Counted from the stretch's first letter, positions 1 to 9,196 are shown. The stretch: DNA of 64,000 bases from Candidatus Zambryskibacteria bacterium RIFCSPLOWO2_02_FULL_51_21 (GCA_001824255.1 MHWQ01000002.1:139548-203547), one strand, 5' to 3'. Notes: a model not told the origin generated them from the sequence alone. A program made the numbers and translations.

Positions 1-49
1 AGGAGCTGGGCTATGACAAAACCAGTTCTTAAATGAGAACCTTTCTTGT

Positions 50-325
50 GTGAAAAGAAACATTGATTTTTTAAGCAGTTTATGGTATCATGCGGGCATG
101 GCTAAGAAAATCTCCACCAAAATCATGCCGGATGAAAGGCCGCTTACCAATGCCGAGTTTCTCGAAAGCTATAACAAAAACATGCCCGAAGGCTACCCTC
201 GCGTCACACTTTCCCAGCTTGAGAGATTCAAAGAAGTGCACGCTTCACTCTTTAAGAATAAGGGCGTCTGGACTCTCGACCATCACCGCAAGCGCATGAT
301 CGACTGGCTTCCGCAGAATATTTAA
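50..325 (+). CDS. hypothetical small protein. Likely true start is the ATG at 98 (MAKKISTK...).
   Basis: ORF track. Upstream TTGATT(64-69)-16nt-TATCAT(86-91) promoter-like pair. No recognisable domain. Confidence 0.35.
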   Translation: MKRNIDFLSSLWYHAGMAKKISTKIMPDERPLTNAEFLESYNKNMPEGYPRVTLSQLERFKEVHASLFKNKGVWTLDHHRKRMIDWLPQNI

Positions 326-335
326 GACGCTTATT

Positions 336-917
336 ATGAAAATTTTTATTCTAGCGATAGCGCTGCTTGCGGTTGCGATTCTCGGCGTATTTTTTGCACG
401 CGGACGAGCGATAATAAATTATCCCTCGTCTGGCACGGACATCGTCGCCTTCGGCGATAGTCTTGTGGAGGGAGTGGGTTCTGCGCAAGCTGGGGGATTC
501 GTAAGAATGCTTTCGGAAGATTTGAATATCCCCATCATCAATCTCGGCGTTTCCGGCAATACGACAGCAGATGCTTTGAAGCGAATTAAAGAACTCGACA
601 GATACAAGCCGAAGGTTGTCATGATTCTTCTCGGCGGGAACGACTACTTGCAGAAAGTGCCTAAGGAAGAAACTTTGGCCAATATGAATAAAATTATTGA
701 TGAAGCGCAAAAAAGGGGAGCCGTTGTACTGTTTCTCGGATTGGATAAATCATATGGTTCGCTGGCAAAAGAAACAGGCGCCGCGTATATCCCGGATATT
801 CTTGGCGGCATCTTGGGAAATAAGAATCTGATGTCTGACAGTCTCCACCCGAACGACCTTGGCTACCGGCTTATGGCCGATAGGGTAAAACCCGTTTTGA
901 AAGAGCTTATCGACTAA
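336..917 (+). CDS. SGNH/GDSL-family hydrolase (arylesterase/lipase-like)
   Basis: N-terminal signal/TM. GDSL block 'VAFGDSLVEGVG', 'LLGGNDY' block, C-terminal 'DSLHPN' (Asp-x-x-His catalytic block). Confidence 0.8.
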   Translation: MKIFILAIALLAVAILGVFFARGRAIINYPSSGTDIVAFGDSLVEGVGSAQAGGFVRMLSEDLNIPIINLGVSGNTTADALKRIKELDRYKPKVVMILLGGNDYLQKVPKEETLANMNKIIDEAQKRGAVVLFLGLDKSYGSLAKETGAAYIPDILGGILGNKNLMSDSLHPNDLGYRLMADRVKPVLKELID

Positions 918-933
918 TACGTTTAATACAAAC

Positions 934-1149
934 ATGGCAAAAGCAATTACAACGCTTATAGTGTTGGCAGTTCTTATCGTCGGCGGCATCTGGCTCTACA
1001 ACAGGAACGACAATGTCGCCACAGAGGGCGCTCCGACGGATGAGAACTACACCGGCACCGGCGGCCCGGAAGCGGGTTATGATCCTCTTGACCTTGATAT
1101 GGACGGCGATGTGGACGCAGATGATGCCGCCTACGAAAGCAAGGGATAA
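934..1149 (+). CDS. small membrane-anchored protein with acidic Asp-rich C-terminus
   Basis: One N-terminal TM (ITTLIVLAVLIVGGIWL). C-terminal 'DPLDLDMDGDVDADD' resembles a Ca-binding acidic stretch. Hairpin downstream (~1165-1195). Confidence 0.4.
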   Translation: MAKAITTLIVLAVLIVGGIWLYNRNDNVATEGAPTDENYTGTGGPEAGYDPLDLDMDGDVDADDAAYESKG

Positions 1150-1229
1150 TTATAAATAAAAAGAAAGAGCCGGCGGAGAATCGCGTTTCCGTGGGCTCTT
1201 CTTGCTGGCTCTAAGTTTCTGCGCTCCTG

Positions 1230-1430
1230 TTAGTCGCCGAGGCTGCCAATTTGGCGACTGTAGAAATGATTCCCACGGAATCCTTCTTCTCGGAAGGAGT
1301 GCGGGCTCACGCGCAGAGAGATCTCGGCCTGCTTGATTTCCGGGTGTTTTTCAAGCACATCCCGCAATATCTGCATTGCGGCACCCTCCTGAACAGGCTC
1401 GTCGCTCTCGAGAAAGACCATCATCCTCAT
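1230..1430 (-). CDS. hypothetical small protein (66 aa, MRMMVFLESDEP...)
   Basis: Minus-strand ORF with AAGGAGG RBS 7-8 nt before its ATG (rc of 1431-1450). The overlapping + ORF 1251..1448 has no RBS. Confidence 0.4.
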   Translation of the reverse strand: MRMMVFLESDEPVQEGAAMQILRDVLEKHPEIKQAEISLRVSPHSFREEGFRGNHFYSRQIGSLGD

Positions 1431-1537
1431 TTTGTTGCCTCCTTTTAAAAACATAACATCTGTTGCTTAATAAGTCAATGTAACCTTTTATAAAGAGCGG
1501 GACATATATAGGGTAGAAGGCGTACAATAGTAGTCTT

Positions 1538-2068
1538 ATGAGACTCGAATGGATGGTCAGGGATTGTATTGACGGGAATAAGCAGTGCTTCCGCCTGCTC
1601 TACGACGCCACCAAGGATGGAGTCTTCAGACTCATCCGGGCGAGGGTCGGGAGCCGTGACGAGGCGCTCGATATTCTCCAGGACACCTACCTCGACCTCT
1701 GGAGAGCTTTGAGCGGCGGCAAATTCGTTTATCATTCCGATGGTGAATTTCTGGCCTTTCTCTGTGCCATAGCAAGGAGGAAAACCGCGAGATTCTACCG
1801 CTTCAGACCGGCCAATGTATCTCTCGAAGACATGGAAGATTTGGCGGCGGAATCCCAGGTTGACGAGGCAGAAACCCTGCACGTCTTAAGCTCGCTCAAT
1901 AAACTTCCGTCTCTCGACCGGGAAGTTATGCGGCTCCGGTATTTCGAGGGACTTGAGCTCAAGGAGATTGCCCGCCTTCTAAAAACAGGAGAAGATGCGA
2001 TAAAAACGCGGCATCATCGCGCAATAGCAAAATTGAGAAAATTACTAGGATATGAAAAAGAAAACTGA
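1538..2068 (+). CDS. RNA polymerase ECF-type sigma-70 factor
   Basis: Region 2 'LQDTYLDLWRAL' and region 4 HTH 'LKEIARLLKTGEDAIKTRHHRA'. 176 aa, ends in TGA. Confidence 0.85.
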   Translation: MRLEWMVRDCIDGNKQCFRLLYDATKDGVFRLIRARVGSRDEALDILQDTYLDLWRALSGGKFVYHSDGEFLAFLCAIARRKTARFYRFRPANVSLEDMEDLAAESQVDEAETLHVLSSLNKLPSLDREVMRLRYFEGLELKEIARLLKTGEDAIKTRHHRAIAKLRKLLGYEKEN

Positions 2069-2987
2069 CCAGCTCAAAAGGATTCTAAAGGACCTGAAAT
2101 TCAGGAACCTTTCGCTATCGGAAAGCGATGCCGTCTGGCAGCGAATCTCTTCGCGCATGGAGCCCCAATCGCTCTTCTCTCTGATTGCATTACAAATTAA
2201 TCGAAAAAACATGATTCCATTACTGATAGGTGCGCTAATCTTCGCGAGCGCGGGAGGCACAGTTGCCGCCTCCAATAGCGCAGTCCCGGGCGACGTGCTT
2301 TTCCCGGTCGACCGCGCCGTAGAAAACTTCCGTCTTGCCATCGCCGGCAACGGCAAAGCCAAGCTTGAAGTGAAGTTCGCCGAGGAACGTCTCGATGAAG
2401 TGGATAAACTTATTCTCCGCTCCCGCATAGCGACTGCGGCCACAACAACTGCGACCTCAACCGCTACCTCGACCAGAGCCACCTCAACCTCTCCTTCTAA
2501 GGGTAGAGTGGCTGTCGGCGTGAATGTTGCCATAGAATACTTGAACAATGTCGCGGCTGACCTATCCGCTTCGGGCGAAACCGAAGCAGCCGCGGAAATC
2601 GGAGCCCTTATTGCCCGTCTTGAAACGATGGTCAATGACCCAGACGTGAAAGTCGCTCTCAAACAGAATGGCGACTTCATGCTCAAGATTAAAGGGGATG
2701 TCTCGGCCAGCTCAACCGCCACTTCCTCCGGTAAAATTAAGATAAACACTTCAGGCAACAAAAGCCGAATAGAAGTTAAAGAGGAAGACGGCAAATTCAA
2801 ACTCGAGATCAAGGACAACGGGGAAGTGAAGATTAAGAGCGAAACAGAAGTTGAAATGGAAGATGGTAATGACGACGACAATCGCGGCAAGAAGAATGAT
2901 GACGAAGACGACGACGATGATGACGATGATGACGACAATGCTACTACCAGCACCTCAAGCATTCTCCGCTTGAACCTAAGAAGGTAA
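2052..2987 (+). CDS. putative membrane anti-sigma factor / DUF5667-like protein with poly-Asp tail
   Basis: Overlaps the sigma gene stop (operon). ~55-aa cytosolic N-term, one TM (MIPLLIGALIFASAGG), Thr/Ser/Ala-rich linker, C-terminal 'DDEDDDDDDDDDD'. Confidence 0.5.
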   Translation: MKKKTDQLKRILKDLKFRNLSLSESDAVWQRISSRMEPQSLFSLIALQINRKNMIPLLIGALIFASAGGTVAASNSAVPGDVLFPVDRAVENFRLAIAGNGKAKLEVKFAEERLDEVDKLILRSRIATAATTTATSTATSTRATSTSPSKGRVAVGVNVAIEYLNNVAADLSASGETEAAAEIGALIARLETMVNDPDVKVALKQNGDFMLKIKGDVSASSTATSSGKIKINTSGNKSRIEVKEEDGKFKLEIKDNGEVKIKSETEVEMEDGNDDDNRGKKNDDEDDDDDDDDDDNATTSTSSILRLNLRR

Positions 2988-3050
2988 ACTTAAAAACCCT
3001 GCAACGAAAAACCGCCGCGTCTAGAGGCGGTTTTTCGTTATAATAGGAGT

Positions 3051-3956
3051 ATGAACTGGTTAATACTTCTCATAGCATCGGTTGTAGGGGCTGGAGCTTA
3101 TTTCATTTATGAAAAACCGATAGAAATCCAGGAGCCAATAATCGCGAATCTTCCGCAGGAAACGCAAGAAGAAATTTCGATATCAATGCTGCCGGAGAAG
3201 GTCGAGCAGGGCGACCCGGTGCTGATTACCATAAATGGCACAACGACTGTCGAATCTTTGAAGTTGAACGGCAAGGCATTGAAAACTTTTATGCACAATG
3301 GCAAACTCTCGGCGCTTGTGGGCATCGACCTCCGGAGTTCCTTAGGCTCATTTCCCATGGTATTGACCCTTAAGGACGGCAGAACCGTCTCGGGGAAGTT
3401 CGCTGTAGGCGAAAGGTACATTGCCAAAGCGCCTCTGGGCATACCCGAGAAGCTCGGCGGCGATACGCCGGAAGCCGAGAAAGAACTCATTAGCACTCTG
3501 GTCGAGGAGGGGAAACTTATAAGTGCTGTGCCGACGGCAAATGAGAAGCTCTGGGAAGGAAAATTCCGTCTGCCTATAAATCCGCCAATCGTCATAACCG
3601 ACACCTATGGCTACTCGCGCGTGACGGGCAGTTCGAACATAAGCCACAAAGGTACGGATTTTCGCGCCAAGGTAGGTACGCCTGTCTATGCTATGAATTC
3701 CGGCAAAGTAGTCTTCGCCCGCTTTTTGAGAAATTACGGCCACACCGTCATCATCGACCACGGATTCGGCCTCCATACTATCTACATGCATCTCTCGGAA
3801 ATAAGCGTGCCTTTGAATAAAGAGGTCAAGAAGGGCGAGCTCATAGCCAAGTCGGGCGATACAGGTTACGTTCTCGGCCCGCATCTCCACCTCTCGGTCC
3901 GCATCGGCGGCATATCCATAGACCCCGAGAAATTCCTGGAAATTTTAGGCGAGTAA
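3051..3956 (+). CDS. M23 family metallopeptidase (LytM-type peptidoglycan endopeptidase)
   Basis: N-terminal TM. 'HKGTDFRAKVGTPVYAMNSGKV', 'GHTVIIDHGFGLHTIYMHL', 'GDTGYVLGPHLHLSV' (HxxxD...HxH). Confidence 0.85.
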   Translation: MNWLILLIASVVGAGAYFIYEKPIEIQEPIIANLPQETQEEISISMLPEKVEQGDPVLITINGTTTVESLKLNGKALKTFMHNGKLSALVGIDLRSSLGSFPMVLTLKDGRTVSGKFAVGERYIAKAPLGIPEKLGGDTPEAEKELISTLVEEGKLISAVPTANEKLWEGKFRLPINPPIVITDTYGYSRVTGSSNISHKGTDFRAKVGTPVYAMNSGKVVFARFLRNYGHTVIIDHGFGLHTIYMHLSEISVPLNKEVKKGELIAKSGDTGYVLGPHLHLSVRIGGISIDPEKFLEILGE

Positions 3957-3966
3957 GGGGCAACGG

Positions 3967-4149
3967 CTAAGCCGCTGCCCCCTGTTTCTCTTTATTGCCA
4001 TTGTCGGCCGGTGGTGCCGCGGGCCTCTGCCCGTGTCTCACGGCACGGAAAGCGTCCAAGTGCTTCTGAGCGGTTGCAACCGCTCGCACCAGGTCGCTCT
4101 CGTACTCATTGAGCTGTTCCTCAGTCCAATCGAAGTAGTTGTTTGCCAA
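3967..4149 (-). CDS. hypothetical small protein (60 aa)
   Basis: AGGAGG RBS 5 nt upstream of a TTG start on the minus strand. Lies in a local high-GC patch. No domain recognised. Confidence 0.35.
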   Translation of the reverse strand: MANNYFDWTEEQLNEYESDLVRAVATAQKHLDAFRAVRHGQRPAAPPADNGNKEKQGAAA

Positions 4150-4207
4150 CGCTGCCTCCTGGAAAAGAATAGAACTTGTTCTGGAATTCTATTGTAAAAT
4201 ACTGGCA

Positions 4208-4813
4208 ATGAAGAAGCAAATGGGGATAAGTACCCTCAAAAGGTTCGATACGCCACAGAAGATTCAAAGTTTCCTTAACCGGCTGCCTTTCAACTTCGAG
4301 AAGCACGGTCAGACGCATCGGAGTGTTGCGGAGGCCTTGAAGAGGAAGAAGGCGCATTGCTTTGAGGGGGCGCTCATTGCGGCGGCTGCTTTACAACTCC
4401 AAGGTCGGCCGCCGCTTCTCCTCGACCTGAAGACCGTCCGCCCCGACTTCGACCATGTCGTAGCCCTTTTCAAAGAAGGGAAGTATTGGGGAGCCATTTC
4501 CAAGACTAACCACAACGTTCTCCGATACCGCGACCCAATTTACAGAGATGTCCGGGAACTTGCCATGTCTTACTTCAACGAATATTTCCTGGCCGACGGC
4601 ACGAAAACTTTGAGGAAATATTCAAAACCCTTTGATTTATCAAAATACGGGACCGTCTGGATTGATTCCAAAGAAAATCTCGTTTGGCTTGCCCACAAAC
4701 TCGACAAATCGCCTCACGCAAACATCCTGACGCCCAAACAGGTGAGAAATCTCCGCCCCGCCGACCGGATAGAAGTGAACGCCTCGGGGCTTACGGAGTG
4801 GAAACGGAGATAG
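4208..4813 (+). CDS. transglutaminase-like (papain-fold) putative cysteine peptidase. The ORF track extends to a TTG at 4139.
   Basis: Ordered Cys/His/Asp candidates: 'KKAHCFEGALIAAAAL', 'DFDHVVALFKEGKYWGAIS', 'NHNVLRYRD'. No signal peptide. Confidence 0.45.
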   Translation: MKKQMGISTLKRFDTPQKIQSFLNRLPFNFEKHGQTHRSVAEALKRKKAHCFEGALIAAAALQLQGRPPLLLDLKTVRPDFDHVVALFKEGKYWGAISKTNHNVLRYRDPIYRDVRELAMSYFNEYFLADGTKTLRKYSKPFDLSKYGTVWIDSKENLVWLAHKLDKSPHANILTPKQVRNLRPADRIEVNASGLTEWKRR

Positions 4814-4864
4814 CTTCCTTGACGCAATCATAATTTATGCGCATGATGGCAGACGGAGGGTTCA

Positions 4865-5104
4865 ATGGCGTACTACTTTGTCGCGCAGATTGTAAGGATT
4901 GACGTACCCGACGACCAAGCCGCGGAGGCGGTTGCCAAGGCGCTCGACCGGCATGCGGCGCTCTCAGTTTCTTCGGTCAGCGGTCTCAAGGGCTTCGACC
5001 TGGTGAGCACCGAGGTCGTCGACACGGACGGCTCGACTGTCTCCACGAAGTATCACGATTCAGCGATTGAATCGCCGATAGACACGATGATGGAGTCGCT
5101 CTGA
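4865..5104 (+). CDS. hypothetical small protein (79 aa)
   Basis: GGAGGG RBS 4 nt before the ATG. High-GC patch. Followed by hairpin+T-run at ~5132-5167. Confidence 0.4.
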   Translation: MAYYFVAQIVRIDVPDDQAAEAVAKALDRHAALSVSSVSGLKGFDLVSTEVVDTDGSTVSTKYHDSAIESPIDTMMESL

Positions 5105-5131
5105 AGGGGGTCCAATCGTCCAACGGTTCGC

Positions 5132-5167
5132 AGGGCTTGCCATAGCGGCAAGTCCTTTCGTTTTCTT
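5132..5167 (+). terminator. Rho-independent terminator candidate
   Basis: 'gggcttgcc-atagc-ggcaagtcc' hairpin followed by tttcgttttctt. Confidence 0.5.
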
Positions 5168-5185
5168 GCGTGGTATAATTTTTAC

Positions 5186-5518
5186 ATGTTGCAGTATCAT
5201 CACCCGCACTTGCGCAAACGGGCGTCCGGCCGAGCGCTCCATCCTTTCCCGGCGAGCTCTCGATTTATTCGGATTCTCGACAAGGTGGTTTACGCCGCCG
5301 GTCTCATCGCAATCTTCTCAATGTTCCCGCAGATTAGGGTTATTTTTGTCGAGAAGGACGCCACAGGCCTTGCGCCCATAACCTGGATTACGCTTGCGGT
5401 CCTCAATATCCCCTGGATTATTTACGGCTTCGTCCACAAAGAGAAGCCCATCATTCTTGTTTATATTCTCTGGCTTATCGTCAATACAATCGTTTTTGTT
5501 GGCGCAGTTATTTATTGA
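5186..5518 (+). CDS. SemiSWEET / PQ-loop family sugar transporter (3-TM). True start may be internal.
   Basis: Three TM helices in the last ~85 aa with a 'MFPQIRVIF' PQ motif in TM1. Extended -10 'TGGTATAAT' at ~5163-5173. Confidence 0.55.
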   Translation: MLQYHHPHLRKRASGRALHPFPASSRFIRILDKVVYAAGLIAIFSMFPQIRVIFVEKDATGLAPITWITLAVLNIPWIIYGFVHKEKPIILVYILWLIVNTIVFVGAVIY

Positions 5519-5530
5519 CTAAAGTAAAAT

Positions 5531-5566
5531 GCAAAGGCCCGCCTTGCGGAGGGCCTTTGCGTATTT
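5531..5566. terminator. hairpin terminator between convergent genes
   Basis: 'aaaggcccgccttgcggagggccttt' followed by gcgtattt. Confidence 0.5.
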
Positions 5567-5635
5567 AATGCTACAGCAATCTTCCAACAGGTCAAACGCC
5601 ACCTGTGGATAACTGAAATCTGATGTTGTCAGATT

Positions 5636-7408
5636 TCAGACTCCCAAGATAACCGGAATGACTATCGGCTTCTTGGCTGTTTTTTGGAACAGGAAGCGGG
5701 AAACATCTTCGGAGACGGCGTTTTTGGCCAGGTCGAAGTTGATGGGATTTGAACCCATAGTCGAGGACTCAATCGAGCGGCGGATAATGTTTCTCGCCTC
5801 GCTTAGAAGCTCCTGCGATTCGCGGAGATAGACGAAGCCGCGCGCGATGATGTCAGGCGACTTCTTGAGCCGGCCGTTTCTGGAATTGACGAGAGCGATG
5901 ATGACGAAGATGCCGTCGCCCGCGAGCATCTTCCTGTCGCGGATGACCACTTCGCTGATGTCGCCGATATTCAATCCTTCGACCACCATGTCATCCGACG
6001 GCGCTTTCTCCGGAAGTTTGATGAACTGCTTGCCGCCATCGCGAATCTCGATGATGGAACCGTTGTCCGGGACGATGATGTTCTCGCGCGGGCAGCCGAG
6101 ATTGGCCGCGAGCTCCGCGTGCATCTTGAGGCGGAAATGACTGCCGTGGACGGGCATGAAATATTTATAAGGAATTTGCTTGTGCACCCACTCAAGCTCG
6201 CCCCGCTTGCCGTGGCCCGAGGTGTGCACGTCGGAGTCGAGGTAGGTGATAATCTTCGCGTCATGGCGGAAGAGATTGTCCTTCAGCTTCTCGACGGCGC
6301 GGTCGTTGCCTGGGATGACGGAAGAAGAAAGGATGATGGTATCACTACGCTGCAGCTTCACGTATTTGTGCGTCTTGTTCGCCATTCTCATGAGCGCGGC
6401 AAACTCTTCTCCCTGCGCGCCGGTGGCAATCATCATCACCTTGTTGGGCGGAAGCTTCTCGATTTCTTCGACCGGCACGATGTGCGAGACGTCGACGAGA
6501 TTCAGGTGCTTGATGATGTCGACATTGGTCTTCATGCTCCGGCCCTCGATAACGACCTTCCTGCCGTAGCGCCTGGCGGTGTTCATAAATTCAATAATGC
6601 GCTCGACCTGCGAGGCGAAGGTGGCGATAATGACTCTGCCCGGAGCCTGCCCGACGATAGCGTCGATATTCTTCAGGATGGAAGCTTCAGAAGGCGAGAA
6701 GCCGGGTTTGTCAATGCCCGTCGAATCCATGGTGAAGAGCAAAACGTTTCTATCCTTAAACATTTTGTACTGCTCAACCTCTTTCTCTGCCGGCACGCCG
6801 GCTTCGTTCTCGATGCGCACGTCGCCGGTATTCACGATGTCGCCGTAAGGAGTCTCGATGATGATGCCTGTCGAGTCGGGGATTGAGTGGGTAAGTCCGA
6901 AGAAGCGCACCTTGAGAGTAGGTGTTAAGGGGATTGCCTTGTCGCCCGCTTCCACGATGCGGATGTCGAGAGGCGCGAGCTGAGGGAACTCTTCCTGGCG
7001 CTTGCGGATGAGCAGCGCTCCGAATTCGCGGGTATAGATGGGCGGATTGCCGAGGCGGGTGATGAGGTAGGGGATGCCGCCGATGTGGTCGAGGTGGCCG
7101 TGAGTGATAACGAGGGCGCGGATGCGGTCCTTTCTGTCCTCAAGATATTTGATATTGGGTAGAATGTAGTCGACACCAGGCGTTTCCGGGTCGGTGAACT
7201 GGATGCCGGCATCTACCACGATGATGTCATTGCCGTATTCGATGACGGTCATATTCTTGCCGATTTCCTCAACGCCGCCCAAAGGCACGATGCGTATCGC
7301 GTCGTTAATTGGCGGAATTATGTCGTGGGGCTTCTTCATGGGAATGGGAGAGTTGCTTCTCCTTCTCATGTTTTTCTGGCGAAGGCTATGAGTGAAAGTA
7401 GGGTTCAT
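5636..7408 (-). CDS. rnj: ribonuclease J (metallo-beta-lactamase/beta-CASP RNase)
   Basis: 'ITHGHLDHIGGIPYL' HxHxDH motif, beta-CASP region, ~560 aa core. The N-terminal extension in the ORF track is probably an upstream alternative start (likely MKKPHD). Confidence 0.9.
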   Translation of the reverse strand: MNPTFTHSLRQKNMRRRSNSPIPMKKPHDIIPPINDAIRIVPLGGVEEIGKNMTVIEYGNDIIVVDAGIQFTDPETPGVDYILPNIKYLEDRKDRIRALVITHGHLDHIGGIPYLITRLGNPPIYTREFGALLIRKRQEEFPQLAPLDIRIVEAGDKAIPLTPTLKVRFFGLTHSIPDSTGIIIETPYGDIVNTGDVRIENEAGVPAEKEVEQYKMFKDRNVLLFTMDSTGIDKPGFSPSEASILKNIDAIVGQAPGRVIIATFASQVERIIEFMNTARRYGRKVVIEGRSMKTNVDIIKHLNLVDVSHIVPVEEIEKLPPNKVMMIATGAQGEEFAALMRMANKTHKYVKLQRSDTIILSSSVIPGNDRAVEKLKDNLFRHDAKIITYLDSDVHTSGHGKRGELEWVHKQIPYKYFMPVHGSHFRLKMHAELAANLGCPRENIIVPDNGSIIEIRDGGKQFIKLPEKAPSDDMVVEGLNIGDISEVVIRDRKMLAGDGIFVIIALVNSRNGRLKKSPDIIARGFVYLRESQELLSEARNIIRRSIESSTMGSNPINFDLAKNAVSEDVSRFLFQKTAKKPIVIPVILGV

Positions 7409-7433
7409 AATTTCAATTTAGAATTTTCAATTT

Positions 7434-9191
7434 TCAGTTCAGAAATATTTTCCAGACGCGGTCAGTCTCCATGTACCAGTCTCTTATCCCGAGGAATCTG
7501 TCCTGCGGCGCCGCGAGCGGCCCGAGCGTAACCGATTTCAACTCCTTGGGCACTATGTAAAGGAAACTCGGAGTGTATAGGAAGACCGCGGGGAGGTCGG
7601 CGGCAATCTCTTCCTGGAAGGCCTTGAGGTCGCGTTCGGCCTCGGTTCGGTCGGAAGCGCTTCGCGCTTCCGACAGGTAGCGGTCGGCCTTGGTATTGGC
7701 GTACAAGGCAATGTTTAAACCGGGGTCGTTTCTCTGCGAGGAGTGCCAGAAGGGGTACACGTCGGCGTCGCGGCCAACCACTTCTCCGAAGAGAAGGCCC
7801 TCGAACTGGCGCGGACGGATGACGTTTTGGTTAAGGTCGCCGGTCTCATAGACCAGGACATCGACTTTCGCGCCAAGCTTCTCCCACACGCTTTTAAGCT
7901 CCTCGGCAACCCGCTTCAATTCGGGGGCGTCGCCGGTAGAGATGGAAAACGACAAGGACATGTTACCAGACTTGTTCTTTTTTTCCAACACCCCGGTTTC
8001 AAGGTCGAGAACCCAGCCGGCCGTGGCGAGAATCTGTCTGGCGCGCTCGAATCTTTCCTCGTCGGATTCTCCGTCTTTTCTCCTCGAACTCCAGTCGTAA
8101 ATGCCGGCTGGAATGGGGCCGTCGATGGGTGTGGCAAATCCTTTGAAAATTTCTTCCGAAATTTTCTCTTTCGGCGCAGCCAGGTCGAGAGCGCGGCGCA
8201 CGTCAAGGTCGGAAAGCACCTTCGACTTAGTTTGGTTCCAGAAAACGGCAAAAATTCTGGGCAGGGGCGAACGGACGACCTGGAGCCCGCTCTTGTCGAG
8301 TTTCTCCAGGTTTTCCGGAGAAACGCCGCTCATCGCACTGACCTCTCCGTTGTTATAAGCCTCTATCAGAGTAGCTTCGGAAGGGTAGAAGCGGAAGGCC
8401 AGATTTTTTATATAAGGTTTTTTGTCCGATGAATCGCCGAATGGTTTCAGTTTGTAATAGTCGGGTATGCCACCGCTGTTTCTCTCCACACTTTCGACCT
8501 CGAAAGGACCTGAGCCGACCGGCAGGGTATTGAACTGGCTGAAGGAGAATTCATCATTGGTGACATTGTGCCATATATGTTTAGGCAGGATGCCGACGGT
8601 AAGATTGTAAATAAAGGGCGCGTAAGGGCGCTTTAGCGTGAACTTCACAGTGCGTTCGTCAGTTTTCTCCACCTCTACGTCGTCCCAGTTGCCCCGGCGC
8701 GGACTCTTGATGACAGGGTCGGCGATTTTCATTACAGTGAAGACCACATCGTCGGCGGTAACCTTCGTGCCGTCGTGGAAGCGGGCGTTCTCCTTCAAGA
8801 CTGCGGTGTAAACTCGCTTGTCGGGTGAGACGGCAATACTTTCGGCCAGGTCGTTTGCCACCTGCCCATCGGGAGTCAGGCGCGCGAGACCCGAGTAGAC
8901 GAGGGCAGTCAGATTCTTGTCCGCCTCCGAGAGGGCGAGCACCGGATTGATGAAGCGCGGATTGCCGACCAGGCCTTCGGCCAGAGTACCGCCGCGCACC
9001 GGTACCTCAACCAAGAAGGCCGCACTCACTTTCCAAAGCAGGAAAATTCCGGACAAGACGAAGACGGCCGTGAAGAAAAAGAAGACGGCCTTCTCCGCCA
9101 TAGTGAAGGAGTTCATCGTTCTCGTGATTGGTCTCGCCTTCGGTATATTGAAACGCTTCAGAAGAAGCGCCCTTATTTCTTTGTGTCGCAT
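7434..9191 (-). CDS. ABC transporter substrate-binding protein, family 5 (peptide/nickel type), orphan
   Basis: N-terminal TM/signal. Length and sequence are consistent with OppA/DppA-like SBPs. No permease genes adjacent. Confidence 0.7.
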   Translation of the reverse strand: MRHKEIRALLLKRFNIPKARPITRTMNSFTMAEKAVFFFFTAVFVLSGIFLLWKVSAAFLVEVPVRGGTLAEGLVGNPRFINPVLALSEADKNLTALVYSGLARLTPDGQVANDLAESIAVSPDKRVYTAVLKENARFHDGTKVTADDVVFTVMKIADPVIKSPRRGNWDDVEVEKTDERTVKFTLKRPYAPFIYNLTVGILPKHIWHNVTNDEFSFSQFNTLPVGSGPFEVESVERNSGGIPDYYKLKPFGDSSDKKPYIKNLAFRFYPSEATLIEAYNNGEVSAMSGVSPENLEKLDKSGLQVVRSPLPRIFAVFWNQTKSKVLSDLDVRRALDLAAPKEKISEEIFKGFATPIDGPIPAGIYDWSSRRKDGESDEERFERARQILATAGWVLDLETGVLEKKNKSGNMSLSFSISTGDAPELKRVAEELKSVWEKLGAKVDVLVYETGDLNQNVIRPRQFEGLLFGEVVGRDADVYPFWHSSQRNDPGLNIALYANTKADRYLSEARSASDRTEAERDLKAFQEEIAADLPAVFLYTPSFLYIVPKELKSVTLGPLAAPQDRFLGIRDWYMETDRVWKIFLN

Positions 9192-9196
9192 TTAAG

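Noticed and set aside
2045-2962. 305-aa minus-strand ORF rich in poly-Ser
   Set aside because: Mirror image of the GAC/GAT (poly-Asp) and Thr/Ala-rich coding tract of the + strand gene. It has no RBS and low-complexity translation. The + frame is operonic with the ECF sigma gene.
6119-6886. 255-aa + ORF and several others (5847..6140, 6246..6569, 6579..6848) inside rnj
   Set aside because: Antisense or overlapping frames within a strongly supported RNase J gene. His/Arg/Val-rich translations typical of GC-biased shadow ORFs.
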